In this document: positions 1 through 11,916 of the stretch, piece after piece | Layout of the letters: every line of letters starts with the position of its first letter | Numbering within the stretch: position 1 is the stretch's first letter | Source: Octopus vulgaris | Lineage: Eukaryota | Direction of reading: 5' to 3' | Assembly (NCBI GenBank): GCA_951406725.2 | Contig: OX597819.1 | Span: forward strand, 41,788,001-41,852,000 | Length of the DNA stretch: 64,000 nucleotides | Program-made: the position numbers and the translations under genes | The notes under the pieces: generated by a model | Database searches by the model: none | Told to the model about the DNA's origin: nothing | Seen by the model: only the letters and a program-made list of their open reading frames with translations

Positions 1-80
1 CCACCAACATCAACGCCAATACTACCAGTATCACTATCATTAACATCACCACCACGACCTCTACGACTACCACCACCACC

Positions 81-136
<56 letters not shown>

Positions 137-332
137 CGTTAATTCAATATCCGTTGCCACTTTTCCACCATCAACATCACCACTACTAACGTCACCACCA
201 CAAAAATACCAGTAACTTTGTCACTACGACCTACACTACCACCTACACCACCACACCTCCCACAAACAGCAAAATTACTGTCATCTACCACACTAACACC
301 GGCGTAACTACCGCCATCACCACCACCACCAT
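1..332. repeat. Low-complexity (CAC/TAC)n trinucleotide tract
   Basis: Degenerate ACC/ACT repeats, including a near-pure (ACT)n run at about 103-135. Confidence 0.9.
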
Positions 333-529
333 TTTCTCTTTTCTTTTTTTTGCTGCATTGTAATATCTACAAAGCCAAGATAACAAAAGTAATTTCGACA
401 ATGACTATTCGAAAGACGTTTAGAATAAACACTTGTGTGTCAAAGGTGTTGCTGTACTCTGTCTCCGAAGGTGAAGCAGTTCTGTGACTATTTCGGCCTC
501 TTCCGCCACAAGCCAGAACTGCCCGGAGC

Positions 530-760
530 TACCTACTGTTGTAAGCGACAAAACGTCTGTTCAACAGCACGAGTTTTGTTGAGTCGAATGTTGCGACCCT
601 AAGCCAGCTGTTTCTATCATCCTCAGTGTTCGTTCTTGTTGCACCACTCATCCGCTCTCTTGCGCCAAATGTAATGACTTGCTCTCTCAGCGACTTCATA
701 CAGTTTTCTGGTAACATCTTTTTCTCTCCATCGCAGCTAGTCCAAGAATCCTGGGCATCA
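530..760 (-). mobile_element. 3' end relic of a HERO-type (restriction-like endonuclease) LINE
   Basis: Minus strand reads ILGLAAMERKRCYQKTV, then after a frameshift EVAERASHYIWRKRADEW*, resembling the AE-x-AS-x-W-x-W-x-KR C-terminus of HERO ORFs. Confidence 0.5.
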
Positions 761-805
761 AGTAAACAAATCATTCAATAAAAAGCCAGCAACTTTTTGA
801 GAAGA

Positions 806-1416
806 GGAACAAGTCGATTCACGTAAATTACAGTTCTTGACTGGTATTATTTTATCGACCCCGTAAAGATGAAAGGCAAATTTAACCTTGGTGGTATTTG
901 ATCTCCGAACATAATGAAGTCGGAAGAAATACCAAAAGGCATTTTGTCCAACACTAACGCTTCTACTAGCTCGCTACCATCAAGACATAATATAATTATT
1001 TCTATTATAGGCACAAGGCCTGAAACTTTGGGGGGAGGGGCAATCGATTATATAGAACCCAGTGCTCAAGTGGTACTTATTTTATCGACCTCGAAAGGAT
1101 GAAAGTTGACCTTTGCGTTCTGAACTCGGGACACAAATAACCGGAATAAATGCCGCTAAGCATTTTGGCCGACGTGCTAACGTCTCTGCCAGCTCATTGC
1201 CTTCAAGATGTAATGTAATAGAGGTTTTAAATTTTGGCACAAGGCCAGTTATTTCGAGGGAGTAGATAAATCGATTACATCGACCCCAGTGTTAAACACG
1301 TACTTATTTTATCGACGGTAACGACCCCTGGAGCTTTGAACTCAGAACGTAAAGCTAAATGAAATGCCGCTAAGAATTTTCCCGGCGCAGTAACGATTCT
1401 GCCGGTTCGTTGCCTT
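806..1416 (-). mobile_element. Three decayed copies of a tRNA-head SINE with Meta/Sauria-like central domain (family A)
   Basis: Repeated GTACTTATTTTATCGACC...AAGGATGAAAG...TTTGAACTCAGAACGT...GCTAAGCATTT...GCTAACGATTCTGCC blocks at about 806-980, 1010-1205 and 1232-1416. The same family recurs at 2720-2910, 14120-14260, 14500-14693, 14860-15055 and 35876-35980. Confidence 0.85.
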
Positions 1417-1879
1417 AAGACGTGATATAATGAGAACGATGAAATGAGCTTCAGTAATTGACATCATGATGCAGCCTTTGTGATAATTATTACTCCATGC
1501 ATCTATAACCAGCAGAAACACATACAATAAAATGATGCAGTATGTAAAATTGATTTTCTCAAAGTGCGTTGATTGTCTCAGGGGATTGTGACCAGTTGTT
1601 GTTTCATTGTCTTCCTAATCCTAGTTGTTGTAATTTAATCGCACCTCGTGATCGATCTTAGGTTTTTAAACACAATTCCTCATTTGAACTCGATTGCATT
1701 TCCACACTCTGCTATCCGTTCTGACTGTGGACAGTACAGTGCTCAGAATCGCGACCATACGTTCTGAGGTTCAGTTGCAAAATTTCGAGCTAAAATCAGA
1801 GCCAACTTTCAACCATTATTTCAGGTTCCGGTCCCAGTACTACGCATTCACTCAGTCGCTTTTTTGGTCTGGTGGTTTT

Positions 1880-1894
1880 GTGTGTGTGTGTGTG

Positions 1895-1952
<58 letters not shown>

Positions 1953-1965
1953 TGTGCGTGTGCGC
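1880..1965. repeat. (GT)n microsatellite
   Basis: Direct reading. Confidence 0.95.
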
Positions 1966-3389
1966 GCGCTCGCGCTTTACTTATTAAACAGTGACAGTTG
2001 ATCTGCTAGCTCTCGGGCCAGCATCAACAAAGCTGCCATTTTGTGGAGTTCCCCGAATAATATTGGAGAATGTTGGTTAAAGTTTTAAGCATTACCTTCT
2101 CAGTTTTAGTCTTTTTCGTGACATCTGTGAAAATTCTGACTAATCTTTCAGCCGCTCCAGTAGATGGAGATGAAAGGGAACTTTCATTAAATGTTTATGC
2201 CTCAGAATTTGCAAATAACTCTCAAATTCCTTTGAGGACCACTTAATTAAGTAAATTCTTATCAGAATTTTATTGATTTCATTAATCTTTTACACAATTA
2301 AAAGCCATTTGCTGTATGCACCAACTACTTTTAGAAAATTACATTCGTTACATTCTACAAATATTTAAATGGATTCATTTCCAACTTTCAGTTAGTGTAG
2401 ACCAGTTTTCTAATCTGACTGATGAGTTTCTCATAGTTCCATGCAAATATAACTTTATCGTGTTCTCTCAATGTCTTTTTTTTCAGCCCGTCAAGTTTAT
2501 ATTTTAAACAATATTTTCATTTTTAGTATTCCAATGTGGGCTTTGCGCAAAATCTGTAATATTTTACTTCGCATTTCGGTTAGTGGCACAACTGTTTCTA
2601 CGCGCAACAATACCCCAGATAAAAAAAAAATCATTCGGTTTAGTTTGGGAAGGTTTCAAATTTAGAAAATCTCAAATCTTTCCTACAATTTTTCTCGTGT
2701 TCTTTTCTACTCTAAGAACAAAGCCCGAATTTTGGGGGGAGGGGGTCAGTCAATTAGCTCGACCTCAGTACGCAACTGGTACTTAACGACCCTGAAAGGA
2801 TGAAAGGCAAAGTCGACATCGGCGGAATTTGAACTCAGAACGTAAATACAGAAGAAATACTGCTAAGCATTTCGTCCGGCGTGCTAACGATTCTGCCAGC
2901 AAGCCACCTTACAATATTTCTTATATTGACAAACGTTGAACAGAATGTTATCGTCATTCAACTCTTTGACTATGAATTCAGCATCCAAAGAAAATCCAAC
3001 CAGCATTTATACTCTTATTCTTTTTTTATTCTTTTACTTGTTTCAGTCATTGGACTGCGGCCATGCTGGAGCACCGCCATTATTCGAGCAAATCAACCCC
3101 ACGACTTATTCTTTGTGAGCCTAGTACTTACTCTATCAGGCTCTTTTGCCGAATCGCTAAGTTACGGGGACGTAAACGCACTTCTTTTAAAAAACACTCA
3201 TTTCTTGATCAAAATTTTTGTCTCAGTTCGAGGAAAATCAGTATAAAGAATCCACATTTGATATAAATGGTTGAAAAATGAATATTTAAGCAATACAGGT
3301 GAAAAGTGAGGCCAAATATGTCAGGTGATATCAATAAATGAAAGCAAAGAAAAAAAGATATTGTATTACCTTGACAACCGATGGTGGTG

Positions 3390-3797
3390 TAGGAGTGGCT
3401 GTGTGGTAAGTAGCTTGCTTACCAGCCACATGGTTCCGGGTTCAGTCCCACTTGGGCAAGTGTCTTCTACTATAGCCTCGGGCCAACCAAAGCCTTGTCA
3501 GTGGATTTGGTAGACGGAAACTGAAAGAAGCCTGTCGTTTATATGTATACACATATATATGTTTGTGTGTGTGTGTATATGTTTGTGTGTCTATGTTTTG
3601 TCCCCACCCCCAACATCGCTTGACAACCGATGCTGGTGTGTTTACGTCCCCGTAACTTAGCAGTTCGGCAAAAGCGACCGATAGAATAAGTACTGGGCTT
3701 ACAAAGTATAAGTCCTGGGGTCTATTTGCTCGCTAAAGGCGGTGCTCCAGCATGGCCACAGTCAAATGACTGAAACAAGTAAAAGAGTAAAAGAGAG
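3390..3797 (+). mobile_element. tRNA-head CORE-like SINE (family B, resembles octopus OR-type SINEs)
   Basis: A/B-box-like head TGGCTGTGTGGT...GGTTCAGTCCC, CORE-like CTTGGGCAAGTGTCTT, internal (TG/TA)n, and tail GGCGGTGCTCCAGCATGGCCACAGTCAAATGACTGAAACAAG-TAAAAGAG. Other copies or fragments at 3030-3180, 10130-10262, 11447-11620, 20780-20960, 28455-28710 and 30520-30855. Confidence 0.85.
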
Positions 3798-3904
3798 TAT
3801 TACTTTACATTGATTGCTTACCTACATTTGAATTTCCTAATTAGTATTTCATTCCAGAACTGTAATCAATCAAGCATTCAAGAACTAACTCATTACTCTT
3901 TCAT

Positions 3905-4604
3905 ACTTTTTACTCTTTAACTTGTTTCAGTCATTTGACTGCGGCCATGCTGGAGCACCACCTTTAGTCAAGCAAATCGACCCCAGGACTTATTCTTTGT
4001 AAGCCTAGTACTTATTCTATCGGTCTCTTTTGCCGAACCGCTAAGTTACGGGGACGTAAACACACCAGCATCAGTTGTCGAGCGATGTTGGGGGGACAAA
4101 CACCGACACACAAATATATACACACGCATTCATATATACATATATACGACAAACTTCTTTCAGTTTCCGTCCACCAAATCCACTCACAAAGCTTTAATCG
4201 GCCCGAGGCTATAGTAGAAGACACTTGCCCAAGGTGCCACGCAGTGGGACTGAACCTGAAACCATGTGGTTCGTAAGCAAGCTACTTTATTTCATTTCAT
4301 TTGCTATAGAGGCAGCACCAAGATGGGTAGTTTTGCTTGCTGGACATAGACATTAATGATAAAGATGGGAGAAGGCAGAAGGCGCCCGCCGACCCTCAGC
4401 TTCTCTAAAACATTGTTCTTTAAAAATGCATTTACAGAGGTATTAACCCTCTTACAATTCAAAATACAATATATTTGGACTAAAAAGTTCATACAATTAT
4501 AGATTACAATTTATACACAAATTAGAGGCTATAAACCTCTACAATTCCTCCCCGAGTAAATTTCTTGCCAAGCTACTTACCACACAGCCACTCCTGCGCC
4601 TATT
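3905..4604 (-). mobile_element. Family B SINE, interrupted by a LINE 3' fragment
   Basis: Reverse complement of 3390-3797. The head is split at 4287/4569 by an insertion. Confidence 0.85.
4288..4568 (-). mobile_element. 5'-truncated LINE 3' UTR with (TGAAA)n tail and 10-bp TSD
   Basis: TSD CAAGCTACTT at 4278-4287 and 4569-4578. Body (CGCCGACCCTC...TTCTCTA-AACATTGTTCTTTAA...CCTCTTACAATTC) is shared with 26660-26740. Confidence 0.75.
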
Positions 4605-4701
4605 CACACAGCCGCTCCTGCGCCTGTTCATACAACCACTCCTGCACCTGTTCACACAACCACTCCTGCGACTATTCACACAGCCACTCCTGCGCCTATT
4701 C
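4581..4701. repeat. 24-bp minisatellite, about 5 copies, derived from the SINE head
   Basis: Unit CACACAGCCACTCCTGCGCCTATT. Confidence 0.9.
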
Positions 4702-5219
4702 TGTTGAAGCTAGAAGAAAAGAAGCAAAAAAATGAAAGATAGCTTGTAGTTTCTACTTTTAAAACATAACAAAATGTAAGACGGCGAGCAGATAGAATTG
4801 TTATCGCACCGGTCAAAATGCTTATTGGCGTTTCGTCCGTCATTATGTTCTGAATTTAAATTCCGCCGAGATCGACTTTGCCTGACATCCTTTTTGGAGT
4901 TGATAAAATAAGAGCCAACAGAGTACTTGAGTTGATTTAATCGACTTACCCACACCTCCAAAATTGTTGCCTTATAGGAAATCTTAATGTGATTGGACTG
5001 GAATCCAATTACAGTTAAACCCTTTTTTTCTTTTTTGTCCAGTCTATTAATATTAGTCTCAAATTGTGACACAACGCCAGAAATTTCGGGGGAAGAAGCA
5101 GATCGATAACATTGACCCCAGTGCGTAACTGGTACTTATTTAATCGATCCCGAAAGGATGAAAGGCAAAATCGACTTCGGCGGAATTTGAACTCAGAACG
5201 TAGCGGCAGACGAAATACC

Positions 5220-8200
5220 AATATCTTTATTGCCCACCGGGGACCAAACATAGAAATGGGCAGAACAACTGATGGAATCAGTAAAGCGATATAATTTTAC
5301 ATATAATGTGACTTTAAAAATTTAAATACAATATTTAAAAAAATCGAATGAAATTAACAATACGAAAACAATACAAATGAAGCGATGATCAGGCCACGCT
5401 CCAACTCCACAAGCCCCGATCTATCGCTGGTACCTTTTTTTTTTGCTCTTTTTTTTTTTGTCGTCTTATTCACATGGTTCCTTGCATGCACAGCACTCGT
5501 GCAACATGCTTCCATCTTTTGTTGAACACACTCTCCGACAGGCATCTCTTCTCCAGCCACACATTCCTTTTCAAGTGAAAAGTGAAGAACGATCTTAACT
5601 CGTGGCCGGAAATAAAGTTACCCGTCTTAATCCCTTTTATCCTAGTCTTCCATACTGCCTCTTTCGCTATTGCAACAACAGTGAAAAAACAATTCTTACC
5701 TTCATTTGTTAAAAATTAAGGTGGGTCAATTTTTATAATTGATCCAGTCGACAGCTGTACTCTTCCTTCGCCGGACAACAGGTGTTCAGCATAAATCCAC
5801 ATTTCAGATATCTCCGGACACTGGACAATAGCGTGAGGATGGTTTCCCTATCTCCCCCCACCACCACCGCATTTTAGACAGGTCGGAGAGTGAGACTTTC
5901 CATGTCTTGCGAGTTTATCCCAAACGGGCAAGGCACTCCTGTAACATTGCCAGGTCAAGGACTTTTTGGAAATTGTCCAACGTTCTCAATCTGAATGTAC
6001 GGTGGAACAGGCTTTCGAGTTGAATAAACCCGAGACCTAGAGTTGCCCTCAAGCCATCGTCATATTCAGACTCTACCTACCCACTATATAAAAAACGTGT
6101 AGAACCCCAACGCTGGTGTTACCCGAGCGCCGGAATAGCAGGAGGGCCTTACGACACTCCATATGCCACTTACTCGACTTCAGTCTAGGAGAACACCAGG
6201 CTTCCTGTTCGCAAAAACTTTTGAACTCGGGAACATTTGTCTGGCTAGCGGAGACCACACCCGTTCACCATCCAGGAGAATCCAGAGATACCTCAACCTC
6301 GACGCATGCCTGCGCATCATTAACCAAGGCATCCCTAAACCCCGCTTTAACGGCTTCAGACAACAGATAGAGCGTTTCACAAGTGGTGACTTGCCCTTCC
6401 ACATAAAGCGAAAGAGCTGCCTCTCCAACCTGATCACCCACGAATCCGGACAGTGCACGACGGTCAGGTGGTAGGTAATAACCGATGCGATAAACACATT
6501 GGTCACCTCCGCCCTCCCTTTCAGGGATAGCCACCGCCAAGACCAGGTTTTGACTATTGCAGCCACCATGCTCGAAACTTCCGTCCAGTTCTTCTCTATC
6601 TGGAGGCCTGGTCCAAACCAGACTTCCAGCAATTTAACTGGTCCCTCCGTCCAGCGCCCAACAACGCTGTCTGAAGGCATCGACTTGCCAACCCAGGTGC
6701 CGAGCTGCAAGCCGACCGACTTTTCCCGGTTGATCTTTGCTCCTGCCACCGTCTCGTAAAACTCAATAGCCTTACCCACTTCACGTAGGCGTGTTACTGA
6801 GGTAACACTGATAGTGATATCGTCCGCGTAAGCTGAAACAAACTCCTCTAAACCTGTTTCTCTCGAGAAGTCACTCAAATTTCGCAGTAGGGGTTCAAGA
6901 GCTACCATATACAAAAGTGGTGAGAGCGAACATCCTTGACGAACCGAGTGTCTGATGCAGAACGGTTTCGAAAGGAAACCGTTCACCCGAACTATCGAGT
7001 CAATGTTGTGATATAGAGCAATGAACCACCTGAGGAAGCCAAGGCCCAGGCCAAACCGCGCAAGCACAGTCGCCAGGTATCGATGGTCGACCCTATCAAA
7101 AGCTTTAGATTAGTCTAAATGCACCAATGCCCCACCTTTGCCAGAGTTATCACCAACCCTCTCTATGGTATAGCGAATAAGATGGAGATTATCCTGAATA
7201 GTTCGGCCTGGGATGGCACATGTCTGTGCCTCTCCGACTATACCATTCGCGACACGCGCCAACCTTTTTGCTAAAACCTTGGCCAAAATCTTTACTTCTG
7301 TGTTTAACAGAGTGACGGGCCTGAAATTATCTAAAATGTCCCCCTTGTCCGGGTCCTTTCTGATCAACGTCACCACTCCCCGGATCTGGGGATAAATCCA
7401 TTCTGTTGCCAGTTCGCGTACACGCTAGCCAGTAGGTGCCCGAAAAAGTCTGGCATACATTTATATAGCTCGTGAGGAAAACCATCAAGTCCCGGGGACT
7501 TACCTGCTTTACGGTCAGCCATAGCCTCCGTCACCTCCCCAGGCGTGATCGGCCCCTCGCAAGCCTCCGCATCCGACCCCGAGAGGCGTAGTAGCCCGGA
7601 AACAAAATCCTCGAGGACTTCCCTACCAACAGGACCGCCATCACCCCCGAACAGCTAGGCGAAGTACTACCGAAATGCCTCACACATTTCCCCAGGTTCG
7701 TTTGCCAAGACACCGTTTTGGTTCGTCATAGACCAAATAGTGAAACTATTTCCTTGTCGAGCTTCCACCACTCGGGTCCATCCAGCGGCCTTGATTAGAA
7801 TTAATATTGTGTCTTCCGACTCTAATGATTTTACAGAGTGTTGCTGTACCGTTTCTGCGTTCTTGAACCTCCCCACGATGGTTCCAAACTTCTTCCCTCT
7901 GGCTAGATATGTAATGTCCTGCCAGATGGGTTTTAAACATTTTTGAATTTTTTTCTCGCATATCTTGTCAATTCTTCGAGCTTTTCAGCAGAATGTCTTT
8001 AAAAATAATGATTTTTCCTTTCTCTTCCGTTAATTCTTCTTCTGGTATTTCCACTTTTACCACTCCATTTCGTTCTGTTATCATTTCCTTGTATTTTAAT
8101 AATTCTTTTTTGTCAGTTGACAGCTGTCGCGTTCCACTACCAGCTGCTGACGCAAAACTTTTTCTTTCTTCGTTTTGAATGGTCTTTGATCCTATATTTC

Positions 8201-8505
8201 TTTTGGCATCCGTAACTTTTTGTAATGCAGGGAATTCACTTTCCGAAACATCAGAAATGTTATCACAAATTGAACTTTCTATCTTCCTTGCTTCCCGCTC
8301 GGTCGATGAATCATCACCCGACGAAGACACTTTTCAGCATCTTGCCGGCAATTAATGTTTTCCCCCACAGGAGAAAACCACAGATAGCTTTCGAAAGAAA
8401 ACTATAATACAATTTTTAAACAATAAGTCCAACAATAGGCACAAGAGATATAACAATTAACAGAAACTTACGAACACACTCCAATAATAAATTTTTAATA
8501 ACAGA
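5220..8505 (-). mobile_element. Tx1/L1-like LINE, internally deleted (ORF1 5' part joined to ORF2 RT and C-terminal zinc-binding region)
   Basis: ORF2 pieces: NFRPVTLLNTEVKILAKVLAKRL (7110-7376), VRQGCSLSPLLY and AYADD (6180-7067), C-terminal ETILHAIVQC. ORF1-like 7968-8330. 13-bp TSD CAGACGAAATACC at 5207-5219 and 8506-8518 inside a family A SINE (5063-5219 + 8506-8565). Confidence 0.9.
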
Positions 8506-9009
8506 CAGACGAAATACCGCTAAGCATTTTGCCCGGCGAGCTAACGATTCTGCCAGCTCCTCACCCTGTCCTGTTTATTAATATAATTAGCAATGTGTCA
8601 CCATCTCTCTGTTTGTCCGTCTCTATGCTAGGATACTTTGACTACGTCTGAATTTCGTGGAAATACTGACAGATCAATTAGTTAGCTGAGATGAGATACT
8701 TTTTACTACATCTGTGGAAATACATGCTATTTAACTAACAGAAATGTACGTGTGTTTAATTATCTATACATAAATTGTAAATATTCTTGTAGCATTGATG
8801 CTGTCGTCGTCGTCGTCATTATTGCCGCCTTCTTTGTTGTTGCTATTATTGTAGGTGTTTTGTTGGGTGGTACTTAAATGATAAAGAAACACCTGTATAT
8901 TTTTTCATTCAATTGATACTTTTCAATAGCATACTGCAAGTATTCATAATGTAACAATATTTACCTAAAGTGGATTTTCCAGGGCTACACACTATGCCAT
9001 TTTAACAAG

Positions 9010-9883
9010 ATTTAGAAAACTTTCACTTGTAAAAGGATTTATTCATCCGTATATATAATTATAAATCTTTAGTTAAATATATTCAATGAGAATATATACT
9101 GAATTTATATTGAGTGCTCTATTGTACTAACGTATTGGTACTATTAAAGTATTTATATACTTAATACGAGCGTTTATATATATATATTAATAATATAATT
9201 ATTTAAAAAAGTTTCAGAAAATTTTCACTTGCAAAAGGTCTTATACATTCGTATATATATAAACCTTTAATTAAATATATTCAATGACAATATATACTGA
9301 ATTTATATTGAGTGCTCTATTGTATTAACGTATTAGTACTATTAAAGTATTTATATACTTAATACGAGTGTTTATATATATATATTAATAATATAATTAT
9401 TTTAAAAAGTTTCAGAAAATTTTCACTTGCAAAAGGTCTTATACATTCGTATATATATAAACCTTTAATTAAATATATTCAATGACAATATATACTGAAT
9501 TTATATTGAGTGCTCTATTGTATTAACGTATTAGTACTATTAAAGTATTTATATACTTAATACGAGTGTTTATATATATATATTAATAATATAATTATTT
9601 AAAAAAGTTTCAGAAAATTTTCACTTGCAAAAGGTCTTATACATTCGTATATATATAAACCTTTAATTAAATATATTCAATGACAATATATACTGAATTT
9701 ATATTGAGTGCTCTATTGTATTAACATATTAGTACTATTAAAGTATTTATATACTTAATACGAGCGTTTATATATATATATATTAATAATATAATTATTT
9801 TTAAAAGTTTTAGAAAATTTTCACTTGCAAAAGGTCTTATACATTCGTATATATATAAATCTTTAGTTAAATATATTCAATGA
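9010..9883. repeat. AT-rich tandem repeat, unit 198-202 bp, about 4.4 copies
   Basis: Marker G(C/T)AAAAGG after TTCACTT at 9029, 9231, 9429, 9627 and 9827. Confidence 0.95.
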
Positions 9884-10616
9884 GGCGCAAGTTAAAAAGA
9901 CGTTGAGGCCAATTTGGCAAGAGATATCCTACCTTGCCAGGGGAAGAAAGTGCGGAACGGTGGAAGTGCAATGCCTCGCCCAAGGGGAACAACGCGTCTT
10001 CCGTGCCAAACATTGAACCCACAGTATTATGATCGGGAACTGACCACTCTAAACCACAGAGCCACGTGCCTTTACACTAGTCAAGTGCTTATGCTGAGTT
10101 AATACAGTTTCTCTTTTTCATAGATTGTGACGGGATTCTTTCCGTTTCCGTCTACCAAATTCACCCACAAGGCTTTGGTCGGCTCGGGACTATAGTAGAA
10201 GAAACTTTCTCAAGGTGCCATGCAGTGGGACTGAACCCGGAACCGTGTGGTTCGAAAGCAGGTAGTCACGCTTAGACTATACTTCGTTGATAAGGTCTAA
10301 TAAGACGGAATCGCTGTGGGTTGTGAAGATACCCTCACACATCATACTCACTCACTCGTAGCATTCTCGGTTGTAAAAGAAGTTCTCTCCCTTTTCTCTC
10401 TTGTCAGAATTAGCTGATTTATTGTTTTCATCGATGGATGAACCTCGGTCAGAATTTCCGACAATGGTTTATCAGTTACACAATAGGTTCAATGAATTCA
10501 CATACATAACTATAATTTCTAAAGCAGAAGCAACATAACAATGTAACAAAGTTGAACCTTTGAATTACATGTACAATATATCCGAAAGGCTTCTATACAG
10601 TTTCCGTCTGATCAAG

Positions 10617-11221
10617 TTCATTCGCATGATACCGGATGACCCAAGGTTACAGAGAATAACTTACCCAAATACCACATAGGAGAATCACAACCGAGACTTC
10701 GTGATTGCGAAACAACCTGCCCAACCTTTCGGTCTTACTGCGCCTACAAAAACCACAACCGTCATTTGCAAGCGAGTATTGACCTCGAAACATTTTTTCT
10801 TTTTATTGAGGTGCATATGTGGTTGCAAACTGACATAGACAACGTCTCGGCTCTTTCAATCTTGATTCAGTGGAACATCGCAGATGTGACAACTAGTGAG
10901 AGAGAGAGGATTATATCAGGTACTCATTCTCACATGATACGGGACGACCCAAGGTTACAGAGAATAACTTACCCAAATACCACATAGGAAAACCACAACC
11001 GAGACTTCGTGATTGCGGAACAACCTTCCCAATCTTTCGGCCTTACTGCGCCTACAAAAACCATAACCGTCATTTGCAAGCAAGTATTGACCTCGAAACA
11101 TTTTACTTTTTCTTTTTATTGAGGTGCATATGTGGTTGCAAACTGACATAGACAACCTCTCGGCCTTTTCAATCTTGATTCAGAGGAACATCGCAGATGT
11201 GACAACTAGTGAGAGAGAGGA
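10617..11221. repeat. Tandem duplication of a unit of about 310 bp
   Basis: CCAAGGTTACAGAGAATAACTTACCC at 10641 and 10949; AACTAGTGAGAGAG at 10891 and 11204. Confidence 0.92.
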
Positions 11222-11624
11222 CTATACCAGCACTCGAGTGGTACCCATTATCCACGGAGGTAACTGCAACAATGTGAAATTAAGTGGCTTGCTCAATAGC
11301 ACAACAGGCCATCTCTTCAAGGAATTCAGGAATTGAACCTTCAACTTTGTGTTCGTGAGCTCAACTCCTGACCACGAGGTTATGCGCCTTCACTATTCTC
11401 ATTACAAAGGGTGAAACTTAAATACTCAAAACGCCATGTACATATATAGGCGCAGGCATGGCTGTGTAGTTATGAAGCACATTTTGCAACCACGTAGTTT
11501 GGCGTTCAGTTACATTGCGTAGCATCTTCAAGAAATGTCTTCTAGACATCCCCGGGGCGATCAATGTTTTGTGGATGAATTTGGTAGACAGAAACCGCGA
11601 AAACCCGTCGTAGATACACACATA

Positions 11625-11843
11625 TACGAGGGGGTACTGTAAAGTTCCTGGCTTTGGGTAAAAGAAAATATAGGAGGGTCAACTAATTATGATTTTATGC
11701 AACATATTCCCCTCTCAGATTCACATACTTATTGCAGCAGTCCTCTAGTTGTTTTTAAACCCTGTAAAAGGACTCGTAAGGTTGGGCTTCCAGCCAGGCC
11801 TTTCACGATACTCTTAAAGCCAGGAATTTTTCAGCACCCCCTC

Positions 11844-11844
<1 letters not shown>
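11625..11844. mobile_element. Tc1/mariner-type MITE
   Basis: TIRs TACGAGGGGGTACTGTAAAGTTCCTGGCTTT / AAAGCCAGGAATTTTTCAGCACCCCCTCGTG. A related copy in opposite orientation lies at about 29107-29315. Confidence 0.8.
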
Positions 11845-11876
<32 letters not shown>

Positions 11877-11877
11877 A

Positions 11878-11916
<39 letters not shown>

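Noticed and set aside
600-632. CUGAGGA-UGAUA-GAAA-CAGCUG on the minus strand
   Set aside because: No stable stem II, no UH after stem III and no stem I.
529-774. 81-aa minus-strand ORF as a host exon
   Set aside because: Another frame matches a HERO-type LINE C-terminus and I recognise no host homology.
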